From a virus (lineage: Duplodnaviria > Caudoviricetes): a DNA stretch of 64,000 nucleotides. The DNA lies in the IMG/VR virus record IMGVR_UViG_3300032007_000061, positions 1-64,000 of that record; one strand, given 5' to 3'. The notes below the pieces were generated by a model. It worked only from the letters and a program-made list of their open reading frames with translations. It was not told the DNA's origin and did no database searches. A program made the translations under genes and the position numbers. Positions 18,260 to 26,883 of the stretch are shown piece after piece; the first letter of the stretch is position 1; the number at the start of each line of letters is the position of its first letter.

Positions 18260-19846
18260 ATGGCGAGAAAATTATATGCACCGAATGTAACCATCAATTT
18301 TGCACCGTCTGAAAGACAGCTGGAGTTGTGGGAGAAGCTACAGCCAGCAAAGTGTGACAAGTGCGGTGGACGTATTGAAATGCGTCAGCATGGGGTGGAT
18401 GAGAAGGGATTTCCAGTATATGAGGCCACTTGTGTTGAGTGTGGCAATACGGACATTCCAGAACAGATTCTTGGTGGTGGAGCAGCTGGTGGAGGAAAGT
18501 CTTACCTTGGCTGCTGCTGGCTTGCTATCAGCTGCATGACATTCCCGAATATCCTGATGGCTGTTGGCCGTCTTACGTTGAAGTCTCTGAAAGAATCTAC
18601 ATGGAGAACCCTACTGAACGTACTGAAAGATTGGGGCCTGAAAGAAGATGTGCATTACCATATCAATAATCAGGCAGGCTCATTGACTTTCTGGAATGGC
18701 TCTACGATATTGATGATGGAGCTTTCACCATCACTGCAGGACCCAGACTACAACCGATTCGGTTCTATAGAAATTACCGGTGCCTTTGTCGATGAGGTTG
18801 CGGAAATACCAGAAAAGGCTATAGAAGTCCTTGCTTCACGTATTCGTTACAGGGTGGCAGAGACGTTTGTTGTCGGTAAACTGTTCATGTCATGTAACCC
18901 GACGCAGGCATGGCCACGTAAGACGTTTGTGATGGATGATGACGGTGAACCAGTCGTATTGAAGAAAGGCTATAGGTATGTGCCGTTCTCAGTGTTTGAC
19001 AATCCTAATGAGGGTTTCCGTATCGTCTATATCAACAGGCTAAAGAAGATACGTGACAAGGCTACCAGGGAAAGACTGCTTTATGGTAACTGGTTGTACC
19101 CATCAGAGAATACGATGGCTGCATACTGGAATTTTGACGGGGAGAAGCACTTAGCCATGAATGTCATGGAAAAGTATTACAATCCGATGAACCCGATTAT
19201 CCTCTCTCTTGACTTCAATGTGAATCCGTATATGTCTTGTCTGGCAGTCCAGATTGATTATACAGATAAGCACGTCTATGTTTTCCCAGAATATGTTGGC
19301 TATGCAAAGGATAAGCTTAACAACACACCGGCAATGTCTCGTCATTTGGTCAAGTCCATGAGAGAGATACGTCATATTGGCGGCATCATCCTCACTGGTG
19401 ATCCAGCCGGACGTGCAAGGTCAACTCAGACAGAACAAGGTGTGAACAATTTCACCATCTTGTCTGATACGTTGAGAAGTGGCGGTTTTAGGACCGAGAC
19501 AAAGCTATTCGATAAGCAACCGTCACAGATAACCAGATTGGAGTTCGTGAATGAGCTTTTTGACGGTTATGAGGGCTGGAATATTGTCATAGATGTGAGG
19601 TGTAGGAGACTGACTGAGGACTTGACCTACCAGAAGAAGAATCCCGATGGAACTAAGGAAAAGAAGAAAGTTCAGATGGATACTGGTGAAAAGGCAGAGA
19701 AGTACGGACACTTGTCAGACTGCCTGGACTATATTTTAACCTATTTCCTCAGAGAAAGCTATAATAAATATAGAAGCGGCTCATCAACTTCAATCGTAAC
19801 AACGGTGTCAGGAAATGGGCAGGTTTATGATTCATTCGGATATTAA
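18260..19846 (+). CDS. terminase large subunit
   Basis: GGGAAGGGKS Walker A, AFVDEVAE Walker B, MSCNP, nuclease LSLDFN and HLSDCLDY. Confidence 0.9.
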   Translation: MARKLYAPNVTINFAPSERQLELWEKLQPAKCDKCGGRIEMRQHGVDEKGFPVYEATCVECGNTDIPEQILGGGAAGGGKSYLGCCWLAISCMTFPNILMAVGRLTLKSLKESTWRTLLNVLKDWGLKEDVHYHINNQAGSLTFWNGSTILMMELSPSLQDPDYNRFGSIEITGAFVDEVAEIPEKAIEVLASRIRYRVAETFVVGKLFMSCNPTQAWPRKTFVMDDDGEPVVLKKGYRYVPFSVFDNPNEGFRIVYINRLKKIRDKATRERLLYGNWLYPSENTMAAYWNFDGEKHLAMNVMEKYYNPMNPIILSLDFNVNPYMSCLAVQIDYTDKHVYVFPEYVGYAKDKLNNTPAMSRHLVKSMREIRHIGGIILTGDPAGRARSTQTEQGVNNFTILSDTLRSGGFRTETKLFDKQPSQITRLEFVNELFDGYEGWNIVIDVRCRRLTEDLTYQKKNPDGTKEKKKVQMDTGEKAEKYGHLSDCLDYILTYFLRESYNKYRSGSSTSIVTTVSGNGQVYDSFGY

Positions 19847-19857
19847 AACGATACATA

Positions 19858-20898
19858 ATGGCATATCAGAGATTTCTAAACGACAAGGACTATCTGGCAC
19901 TCATTACGCAGGAGGGGCTTGATCAGCTTATCCGTGAAGTGCATGACAGAATACCGCAGGCTGAAAGCAGCGCAGAGGTTTCGGTTCTGGAATACCTCAG
20001 ACAATATTATGAGGTTGAGAAAGAACTGGAGAAAGGAAAGGCTATCAGGCCCTATTATGAGCGCATCACATACCCAGCTGGCATCTACTTCAACAAGGAT
20101 GGGTTCATCTATCGCACACTGACCGCTGTAAACGGCTATAAGAGGCCGCAGAGAATCGTCTATTGGGTACTGGTGAATGAACCGCTCACAACCGAACAGC
20201 TCGAAGTCATAAGGCACTATTCCCAGCTCAAAACCTATAATGTAGGCGAAATGGTGCGTTATGGAAGTGATATATGGCGGTGTAACTATCACAATGGCTT
20301 TGACTTCAATGACATCAGAATACCTGGAGTGTGTGCTTGGGAGCTGGTTGATACCGTAGCATGGGCAACCGCAATGGACTATCCAGTATATCAGGTCGCA
20401 TCTTATAACGGAAAGTTCTATATGCTGTTGAAGAAAGACGAGGGCTATGATGCACTGGTTGACCCAGAGGAAAATGACTATTGGGGGGAGATTGGCGCAT
20501 ACGATACCGATTATGAGTATGCCTTTGGAGAAGATGACCATGATTATGTTGTCTTTGACGGCTGTGTGTTCAGGCCCGTTATGAATCCCAATGCAGACAA
20601 GCTGGAAGAGAACGTCAACATCATTCGTGACGATCCTCGCAATCCAAGCCTTGTCAAGCACATGACCCAGCTTGCACTCTACCAGCTTCATGTCCTGATA
20701 AGCCCAACCAATATCTCTGAGACGAGACGCATCCAGTATGAGGATAGCATGGCATGGCTCTATGCAGCATCGAAGTTCAAGATAATCATAGACATTGAAA
20801 GAAAGATAAACAAGGATGACGGTCTGCCTAAAAAGGACTATGCGCTGGCAACATACCAGCGGAATTTCGACCCCTGGCAGAACGACTGGATAATTTAG
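19858..20898 (+). CDS. Mu gp36/DUF1320-like head-tail adaptor with internal aromatic repeat insertion
   Basis: N-terminal DYLALITQEGLDQL...SVLEYL and C-terminal DPRNPSLVKHMTQLALYQLH...RRIQYEDSMAWL flank Y/W-rich repeats. Confidence 0.55.
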   Translation: MAYQRFLNDKDYLALITQEGLDQLIREVHDRIPQAESSAEVSVLEYLRQYYEVEKELEKGKAIRPYYERITYPAGIYFNKDGFIYRTLTAVNGYKRPQRIVYWVLVNEPLTTEQLEVIRHYSQLKTYNVGEMVRYGSDIWRCNYHNGFDFNDIRIPGVCAWELVDTVAWATAMDYPVYQVASYNGKFYMLLKKDEGYDALVDPEENDYWGEIGAYDTDYEYAFGEDDHDYVVFDGCVFRPVMNPNADKLEENVNIIRDDPRNPSLVKHMTQLALYQLHVLISPTNISETRRIQYEDSMAWLYAASKFKIIIDIERKINKDDGLPKKDYALATYQRNFDPWQNDWII

Positions 20899-20933
20899 GC
20901 TTTTAGCAGAGCGACATAAGATTCAAACCTTGT

Positions 20934-20972
20934 GGCCTCGTTCAATCGTGAGATTGGGCGAGGTCTTTATTT
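20934..20972 (+). terminator. intrinsic terminator of packaging operon
   Basis: 14-bp stem (with GU pairs) GGCCTCGTTCAATC/GATTGGGCGAGGTC, GTGA loop, TTTATTT. Confidence 0.78.
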
Positions 20973-21057
20973 GTGTCGGGTGGAGAGGATTCCAACCCCA
21001 AATGTTATTAGTTATTAAAAATTTTAATCAATCGCTTGTTTTAATTAAAAATATTAC

Positions 21058-21065
21058 TACTTTTG
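21058..21065 (+). promoter_or_regulatory. Bacteroidetes -7 element (TACTTTTG) upstream of tRNA-Ser/integrase
   Basis: TAnnTTTG match after an AT-rich spacer. Confidence 0.65.
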
Positions 21066-21091
21066 CAGCCGAAATGCTACAGATAATGCAC

Positions 21092-21463
21092 AATTTGTGT
21101 ACGATTTGTGATTTTCAGAGGTATTTGACAACAAAACTCAGGCTTTAGGAACTTGACGTTCGAAAAGAATAGATAGCACATAATTGCCTGATAATCGGAA
21201 GGTTGGCAGAGTGATCGATCGCGCTGGACTCGAAATCCGGTATACCCCTTTCGGGTATCGGGGGTTTGAATCCCTCACTCTCCGCTTTATGACACCTTCC
21301 AGCACCTCAAACGGTGCTGGATTTGGGTCAAAAACAATTTGATTATCAGTTAGTTAAGGTGTTCTACTGTTCCAACAAAAGCCTGCACCTTTTGTAAGGA
21401 AATCATATTCAAATCACCTAAAAAATGCACATTTCGTACACAAATTAGTAGCAAATTTGTGCG
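21092..21463. mobile_element. attP-like attachment region
   Basis: Inverted 12-bp AATTTGTGTACG (21092-103 / 21435-446) plus 21454-463; two inverted WATCARNNNNTTR sites (21181-193, 21344-356); tRNA in the core; integrase adjacent. Confidence 0.65.
21197..21284 (+). tRNA. tRNA-Ser(CGA), long variable arm, no encoded CCA
   Basis: Anticodon arm CTGGA-CTCGAAA-TCCGG; variable stem ATACCC/GGGTAT; T arm GGGGG-TTTGAAT-CCCTC; discriminator G. Confidence 0.85.
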
Positions 21464-21469
21464 AGTAAT

Positions 21470-22756
21470 GTGATTAAAAGCAGATTAGGTATGATTTCCA
21501 TCAACTACCAAACTTATGGAAGCAGAGGTCTGCAGCTACGTCTCAGGTTCTATCTGGACGGCCAGACCAAGTTTATTAACGTGACGAAGTTGCTGAAAGG
21601 TAACTTGGTGAAACGGCACTGGAATACCAAGAAGAAGTGTTTCTACTCCAGTGCCCCTAATGCGGATGAGAACAACCGCATACTTGAAAATTTCCGAAAA
21701 CCATACGATGAGCGTTCAAAGACATGGATTGGCACACTGGACGGTTTTATGCTTTCCTTTGATGAGACGGCCAATGAAGAGCCAGAGGAAAGGCACACTC
21801 TCAGATGGGTATTCCAGTATTTCATTGACGAAATGAAGCGCAACGGCAGGAATGATGACGGAACCATCAGTGGGGGCTATGAGCCATACGAAAAGACCAT
21901 CAAGCGCATGGAGGAATACTGCCAGGACGTTCGCATCAGTCTCGACAGCCTGACTTTGGAGGACATGACACCTCAGTTCATCAATAAGTTTCTGGAGTGG
22001 ATTGTGAATCGTGGAAATGGGAAATGTCTTTATGTCTCAGTATCTCTTCATGCCCTGCTTAACAAAAGCGATAAGATGGGCTGGTTTGACATAAAGGACG
22101 TGGAGCGATGCAATTGGTTCAAAAAGACTGGTAAGAGCACTAAGAAATATCAGACCCTTACCAATGCACAATGCAAAAGATTTGTGGCCCTGACGAAAGA
22201 AGAGCTGCCCAGAGGCCAAAATACTGAGCTATATCGTGACTTTTGCACCTTTATATTATATACGTGCCAAAGTACGTGTGATGCCGTCTCTCTCCAGTAT
22301 AAGGACATTCAGACTATCAACGGTGTTGACCATTTCGTGTTCAAGCGCAGGAAGATAGCCAGCAAGCAGTCAATTGATTGCTCTGTGCCTATCAATCCAG
22401 TCATGCGAGACATAATGAAACGCTGGAAGCCTTACTCAAAGGACGGCTATATTTTCCCGATAAGGAGCAAGGAAAGGATTGCTTCCAGTGTCATTAACAA
22501 TGGTGACATCAAGCATTTTCTCAGCAAGATCAATACCTGGTTGAAGAAAGTGACCGACATCATCAAGTGTCCTTTCCCATTGCACACATACGTCTTTAGG
22601 CATACTGGCATTACCCACTACATCAGCAAGGGCATACCAGTCATCTATGTGGCGAACCTTGCCGGAACCTCAGTTGAGAATTGCGAGAGTATCTACTACA
22701 ACAACCAAGGAGATACTACCAGCCGTGACAAGGTGCTCAATGCGATTAAATTCTAA
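21470..22756 (+). CDS. tyrosine integrase (Bacteroidetes arm-binding type; probable start ATG 21490)
   Basis: N-terminal arm-binding-like domain, SAM-like core, TYVFRHT and LAGTSVENCESIYY C-terminal motifs. Confidence 0.85.
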   Translation: MIKSRLGMISINYQTYGSRGLQLRLRFYLDGQTKFINVTKLLKGNLVKRHWNTKKKCFYSSAPNADENNRILENFRKPYDERSKTWIGTLDGFMLSFDETANEEPEERHTLRWVFQYFIDEMKRNGRNDDGTISGGYEPYEKTIKRMEEYCQDVRISLDSLTLEDMTPQFINKFLEWIVNRGNGKCLYVSVSLHALLNKSDKMGWFDIKDVERCNWFKKTGKSTKKYQTLTNAQCKRFVALTKEELPRGQNTELYRDFCTFILYTCQSTCDAVSLQYKDIQTINGVDHFVFKRRKIASKQSIDCSVPINPVMRDIMKRWKPYSKDGYIFPIRSKERIASSVINNGDIKHFLSKINTWLKKVTDIIKCPFPLHTYVFRHTGITHYISKGIPVIYVANLAGTSVENCESIYYNNQGDTTSRDKVLNAIKF

Positions 22757-22788
22757 AAAGAAGCTGGAGTGTTTCGCAACAGCCCAGC
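22755..22788 (-). terminator. hairpin/terminator 3 of convergence zone
   Basis: GCTGG..TGTTTCGCAACA..CCAGC; T-rich tail on minus strand. Confidence 0.6.
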
Positions 22789-22860
22789 CCCTACTCTCTG
22801 ACCTGTGACTGGATGGCGAACCACCCAGATTTATATTAACGCTTTATTCAAGAAAATATT

Positions 22861-23094
22861 ATGGCTAAAATTATCAGTACCATCAGCTTTGTAGCATATG
22901 GTGATGACTACGGTGTGACCGTATCGTGTGGTGTCAAGCGTGTATCAGTTAGCTATGACCCAAGAAGAAGCAGTAAGTTTGATTCTCAGATTGCCGTCCT
23001 GAGACAGATGAACCTCAAAGACGAGGAACGTGTCATCAGGGATTTCGTGACGGTAGCGAGAATGGTGCTTTCCAGATACAATGACAGGGAATAA
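22861..23094 (+). CDS. hypothetical protein (77 aa)
   Basis: ATG after A-rich leader downstream of the integrase. Confidence 0.6.
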   Translation: MAKIISTISFVAYGDDYGVTVSCGVKRVSVSYDPRRSSKFDSQIAVLRQMNLKDEERVIRDFVTVARMVLSRYNDRE

Positions 23095-23097
23095 TAG

Positions 23098-23134
23098 TTA
23101 AAGCTGCCAGCGTGTTTCACAACATACTGGCAGC
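23098..23134 (-). terminator. hairpin/terminator 2 of convergence zone
   Basis: GCTGCCAG..TGTTTCACAACA..CTGGCAGC. Confidence 0.65.
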
Positions 23135-23170
23135 ACCCTTCAATCATGTATTAATTCTTAAACTTGGCTG

Positions 23171-23208
23171 AAAAAAGAAAGCCGCCCGTTATTCGCATAT
23201 CAGACGGC
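23171..23208 (-). terminator. intrinsic terminator 1 after tRNA-Met
   Basis: Minus strand GCCGTCTG...CGGGCGGC then TTTCTTTTTT. Confidence 0.7.
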
Positions 23209-23284
23209 CTCACCTGTTTTTATTAATCAATTTTTAATCCGTATAAGAAAAGAAAATCATCATTTTATTGCCTATTCTCAGTAG

Positions 23285-23356
23285 TTGCGGAGTCCAGATT
23301 CGAACTGGAGACTTATGGTAATGAGCCACACGTGATAACCGTTTCACCACCCCGCG
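23285..23356 (-). tRNA. tRNA-Met(CAT), initiator-like
   Basis: CGCGGGG/CTCCGCA acceptor with C1-A72 mismatch; TGTGG-CTCATTA-CCATA anticodon arm; TCCAG-TTCGAAT-CTGGA T arm. Confidence 0.85.
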
Positions 23357-23483
23357 ATATATGAGGTTTGATTATGTATGCTTGGGTACTAACCTCTAAC
23401 TTCCCAAGCTAATCAACGTATTTGAGTCTCAGAGTTCTATATTATTATAGTGAAAAACTCTGGGAAAGGTTAAGCCATTGTCG

Positions 23484-23774
23484 TTAATCTTTGTCAATAT
23501 CAGCGATTATGGCCTTGGAACGCTTCAAAACAGCCTGGAACACATCTTCAAAGAAATCGTCGCTTCCAGTCATAGAGACGTGTGCTGACGGGTATGGCTT
23601 AATCATGGCTATCAGCTTGCTCAGTGACCATGCAGGCTTTGAGTTTGATTTCCTCTCAGTGCTGATTACATAGCCACCTATCTTTGACGTGACCCACAAA
23701 TCAGCAGTCTCGATGGGTATTCCAGTTTCCAACAGTTGTTCAGACTGCTTACTGGTAGTGCATATCTTATCCAT
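23484..23774 (-). CDS. hypothetical phage protein
   Basis: TSKQSEQLL...ETAD...PAWSLSKL pattern seen in Bacteroidetes phage small proteins. Confidence 0.7.
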   Translation of the reverse strand: MDKICTTSKQSEQLLETGIPIETADLWVTSKIGGYVISTERKSNSKPAWSLSKLIAMIKPYPSAHVSMTGSDDFFEDVFQAVLKRSKAIIADIDKD

Positions 23775-23775
23775 A

Positions 23776-24330
23776 TCAATATATTTTACCGTGAAGCCTT
23801 GGTCTGTTCTGGTTGTACTTCATCTTAGTGTTGATGTGCCAGTCAAGATCAATGCAGAACTTGTTGGCCCAATACTTGCAATACTGCAGTGTGGCATGAC
23901 AGATGATAATCTCAGTCCAGCAGTGAGTGATGAGCGTGATAAGCTCGAATGTCTGTTCAGGGAATGTCCTGCAATCGTCTGGCAGCTCATCATTGGTCAT
24001 GGTGCATCCAAGCATATCGTTCTCAGTCATGCCGGTCTCTCCCATGAAGTCGAAGATGCGGATGCAGATGTCTGCCAGCTCTTCTCCGATGGTGCCTTTT
24101 ACATAGGCATCATATCGCTCATTGAAGTCTGGATGGACGTACTCGCGGCTCTCGAATGATTCACGGCCACAATCCGATGTCGGCCAGTGGTCTTTTCTGT
24201 GAGCCTCCATCAACTCGCAGACTTCTGAGATTACCAGCATGAGCCAGTGTTCGTTGCTTCTCTTTTCATCGTGAAAGCCATGTTCGGTGGCTATCTGATG
24301 TGCTTTGTTAATGTTTTCTTGAATGTTCAT
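23776..24330 (-). CDS. MazG-like nucleotide pyrophosphohydrolase
   Basis: SEVCELMEA and EELADICIR (ExxE...ExxD) motifs. Confidence 0.72.
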   Translation of the reverse strand: MNIQENINKAHQIATEHGFHDEKRSNEHWLMLVISEVCELMEAHRKDHWPTSDCGRESFESREYVHPDFNERYDAYVKGTIGEELADICIRIFDFMGETGMTENDMLGCTMTNDELPDDCRTFPEQTFELITLITHCWTEIIICHATLQYCKYWANKFCIDLDWHINTKMKYNQNRPRLHGKIY

Positions 24331-24335
24331 AAGTG

Positions 24336-24602
24336 TTAATCTTGAAATAAAGTGATGTCTTGTTCATGTGATATTGTTACGACTGGCTGGTAGTTCGACA
24401 GCCATGCAGCCTCAATCATTTTCCCATTACACGGTTTGTATTTTTCAGCCACATCTAAGGGAATCGCTGTAAATGAGCCATTCCAGTGTCTGAACACAAC
24501 AGAGCCGTCTTGTATCTGGTCTATGTATTCAACCACTTCACCAGTTTCAGGAACTATATGAAGCGAGAGTTTTTGTTTCTTTGGTGGATCAAATTTTGCC
24601 AT
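24336..24602 (-). CDS. hypothetical protein
   Basis: ORF on operon strand. Confidence 0.62.
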   Translation of the reverse strand: MAKFDPPKKQKLSLHIVPETGEVVEYIDQIQDGSVVFRHWNGSFTAIPLDVAEKYKPCNGKMIEAAWLSNYQPVVTISHEQDITLFQD

Positions 24603-24703
24603 AATGTTCTTTACGATATTTTTCCATACGTTTAATAACTTCCCAAGTGAAGCTTATTTGGGCTGCCATCTTGCGAATGTTCTTGTTCTTGATTTTAGAG
24701 AGT

Positions 24704-24892
24704 TTATCCAGGTCCATCAGCCATCAGTTCTTTAAGTGAGCATTGTTCAAACAATTCCTCTTTCAATCTGGCAAACTTACAGAACCTTACAATGGCATCA
24801 ATCAGAAACCTGTCATCTGTCAATGCTATGAGGTGCTGGCCGTCCTTTGTAGTAACCAGAATCTGTGCTTTTTCAATGTCTCTGGAAGTCAT
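24704..24892 (-). CDS. hypothetical protein
   Basis: ORF on operon strand, overlaps upstream gene end. Confidence 0.6.
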   Translation of the reverse strand: MTSRDIEKAQILVTTKDGQHLIALTDDRFLIDAIVRFCKFARLKEELFEQCSLKELMADGPG

Positions 24893-25439
24893 TGCCCATC
24901 AATTTTGGTAACTCATCTGATTCGCCAAACCTAAGAGCTGGAAATTGACCCTCAACAATCCATTGATGCAATACGTCCATAAGCTCTTTTGTCATAAACT
25001 TGACGCACTCTACCATATATTTAGTGGCTTCATCACCATAGTTATCAAGTCGGCTAAATCTGACAATATCCCTGCATTGATAAGCCATATTGTAGTAGTG
25101 CTCATTATACTTGAAATGCAAGAATATCATTGGAAACGGTTCCTGAGTTTGTGATCCAATCAGAATCTCAAAGAACCCACCAGCACATTCATCCTGGCCA
25201 ATTGTGAAGATGATGTTCTTGATAGCTGCCAGACGATAATGTTTTTGAAGATATTCGATATACTTGATTCGTTTTTCAGTGCCATTGATACCACATATAC
25301 CAATGCAATTTTCTGGTGCGTAGTTTGTGGCAATGAAGAATCCGCGATTAGTCAATTCCTCACTTAGCGATTCATAAAATTTACTTTCTATCATAATTGC
25401 ATCTTTGAGTTTGAAATTATCATATCGGAGGCAAAACAC
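24873..25439 (-). CDS. hypothetical protein
   Basis: 188-aa ORF on operon strand; start uncertain. Confidence 0.68.
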   Translation of the reverse strand: MFCLRYDNFKLKDAIMIESKFYESLSEELTNRGFFIATNYAPENCIGICGINGTEKRIKYIEYLQKHYRLAAIKNIIFTIGQDECAGGFFEILIGSQTQEPFPMIFLHFKYNEHYYNMAYQCRDIVRFSRLDNYGDEATKYMVECVKFMTKELMDVLHQWIVEGQFPALRFGESDELPKLMGNDFQRH

Positions 25440-25440
25440 G

Positions 25441-25764
25441 CTATTTGTCGCCGATTTCTTCTTGTTTTACAAATTTCATTTCAATTCTCATACCCTCTCT
25501 GGTAAGTGATTCAAACGAGAGCTTCTTCTGTTCATCTTCTGGCAATTCCTTGTCAAGATACCAGTCGATAAGGACAAGAATTTCGTTTTCAGTTATCTTC
25601 CGACGATCACTGGTCATCATGTTCGGGTTTTTCTTGCTTGTCTTTGCTATATAAGCATTGAACAAAGCTGGGCAAATTTTATAATCTTTTGCTGCCATAT
25701 TATATTTTCTCCTTTCTCCTGCATCTGTCTGCATAGTATTCAAGTGATTCGACCAATTGGCCAT
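25441..25764 (-). CDS. hypothetical protein
   Basis: ORF on operon strand; internal ATG (MAAKDYKICP) is a possible start. Confidence 0.65.
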   Translation of the reverse strand: MANWSNHLNTMQTDAGERRKYNMAAKDYKICPALFNAYIAKTSKKNPNMMTSDRRKITENEILVLIDWYLDKELPEDEQKKLSFESLTREGMRIEMKFVKQEEIGDK

Positions 25765-25808
25765 AACTCAGGTCTGGGAACTCTCTTATGAGTTCTTTCA
25801 GTTGCATT

Positions 25809-26087
25809 TCAAATTCTTCTTGTCTGTTCATATTCTTTAATTGCTTCTACACCTTGTTTCGTCAAATAATAACCAGTGAAGTTCTTGTCGTAAGTAACAA
25901 GCCCTTTCTTTCTCAATTTACCAACCTGTGAACCAATCTGAAGCCAACCTTTTCTGGTGTAGGCCATGTGCTCGGTCTCAGGATTGCCACCCCACAGCTT
26001 CCAAGATAGCCACTTGGCACAAACACCGTCAAGGTAGGTTCCCTTCTCAATCGGTTTCAGGATTCTATATACGCTATCTGAAATCAT
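25809..26087 (-). CDS. hypothetical winged-helix-like protein
   Basis: GSQVGKLRKKGLV...GYYLTKQG wing pattern. Confidence 0.62.
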   Translation of the reverse strand: MISDSVYRILKPIEKGTYLDGVCAKWLSWKLWGGNPETEHMAYTRKGWLQIGSQVGKLRKKGLVTYDKNFTGYYLTKQGVEAIKEYEQTRRI

Positions 26088-26881
26088 TGCAGCAACTTAA
26101 CTTGTGAATCAATGACTTTCTGGAGTAGTTCAGGCTCCTTGATGAAGCCCTTAATCTGCTCATTCATTTTGCAGATGGCGGTCAAGAGGTCACAGAAGAA
26201 TTTTGCATTTTCCTCAGTATAGGCAATCTCCTTTCTGCCATCCATTCCAAAGCCATCCCAATTATTCTTGTTTGCATCACGAATATCAAATGCTTTCAAA
26301 GTAAAGGCATTTAGACGTTTGCCATATTCACCAAGCTCTTCTATTTTTTGATAGTTCACAAACCAGTAGAATAGCTTTTCTTGACCACTCTTAAAACGAA
26401 TGATTTGCTTATGAAACACTTGTGCATAAACATTGAAGCCAAATGAACCTTCTCCTTTGTCGGTTCCCTCAATCCAATTGGCATATCCGTTACCAGGACT
26501 TTCTTCTTTGGGAACATAATAACCATTCGGAACTGGAACACCACCGCCCATACAATAGCTGCAAGCAGTCCTAATCCTATAAAGAATCACAAACTTATCT
26601 TCAATGATTTCGCCAGAGATAGCTTCTTCAAGAAGATTCTGAAAGTTCTTTTCAAGCTTCTCTAATGTGTCAGCATAAAACGTACCAAGTTTCTTTGTGT
26701 GTCTATTGAACGTATTGCTTAAATCTACACCATAGTCAAGCAATGTTTTCATCTGATCAGCATCAAGTGAAAAATAGAACTGACCATCTTTAGACACATT
26801 GACCTCAACTTCAAACCCAAGTCTTTGGGTGTGGTCAATACTGCTGCTGACAGATATTTTTCTTTTGCCTAATTTTGCCAT
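26084..26881 (-). CDS. hypothetical protein
   Basis: 265-aa ORF coupled to neighbours. Confidence 0.75.
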   Translation of the reverse strand: MAKLGKRKISVSSSIDHTQRLGFEVEVNVSKDGQFYFSLDADQMKTLLDYGVDLSNTFNRHTKKLGTFYADTLEKLEKNFQNLLEEAISGEIIEDKFVILYRIRTACSYCMGGGVPVPNGYYVPKEESPGNGYANWIEGTDKGEGSFGFNVYAQVFHKQIIRFKSGQEKLFYWFVNYQKIEELGEYGKRLNAFTLKAFDIRDANKNNWDGFGMDGRKEIAYTEENAKFFCDLLTAICKMNEQIKGFIKEPELLQKVIDSQVKLLQ

Positions 26882-26883
26882 AA

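Noticed and set aside
21285-21330. Theta ribozyme downstream of tRNA-Ser
   Set aside because: The sequence folds as a simple hairpin (CCAGCACC/GGTGCTGG) with no nested double pseudoknot
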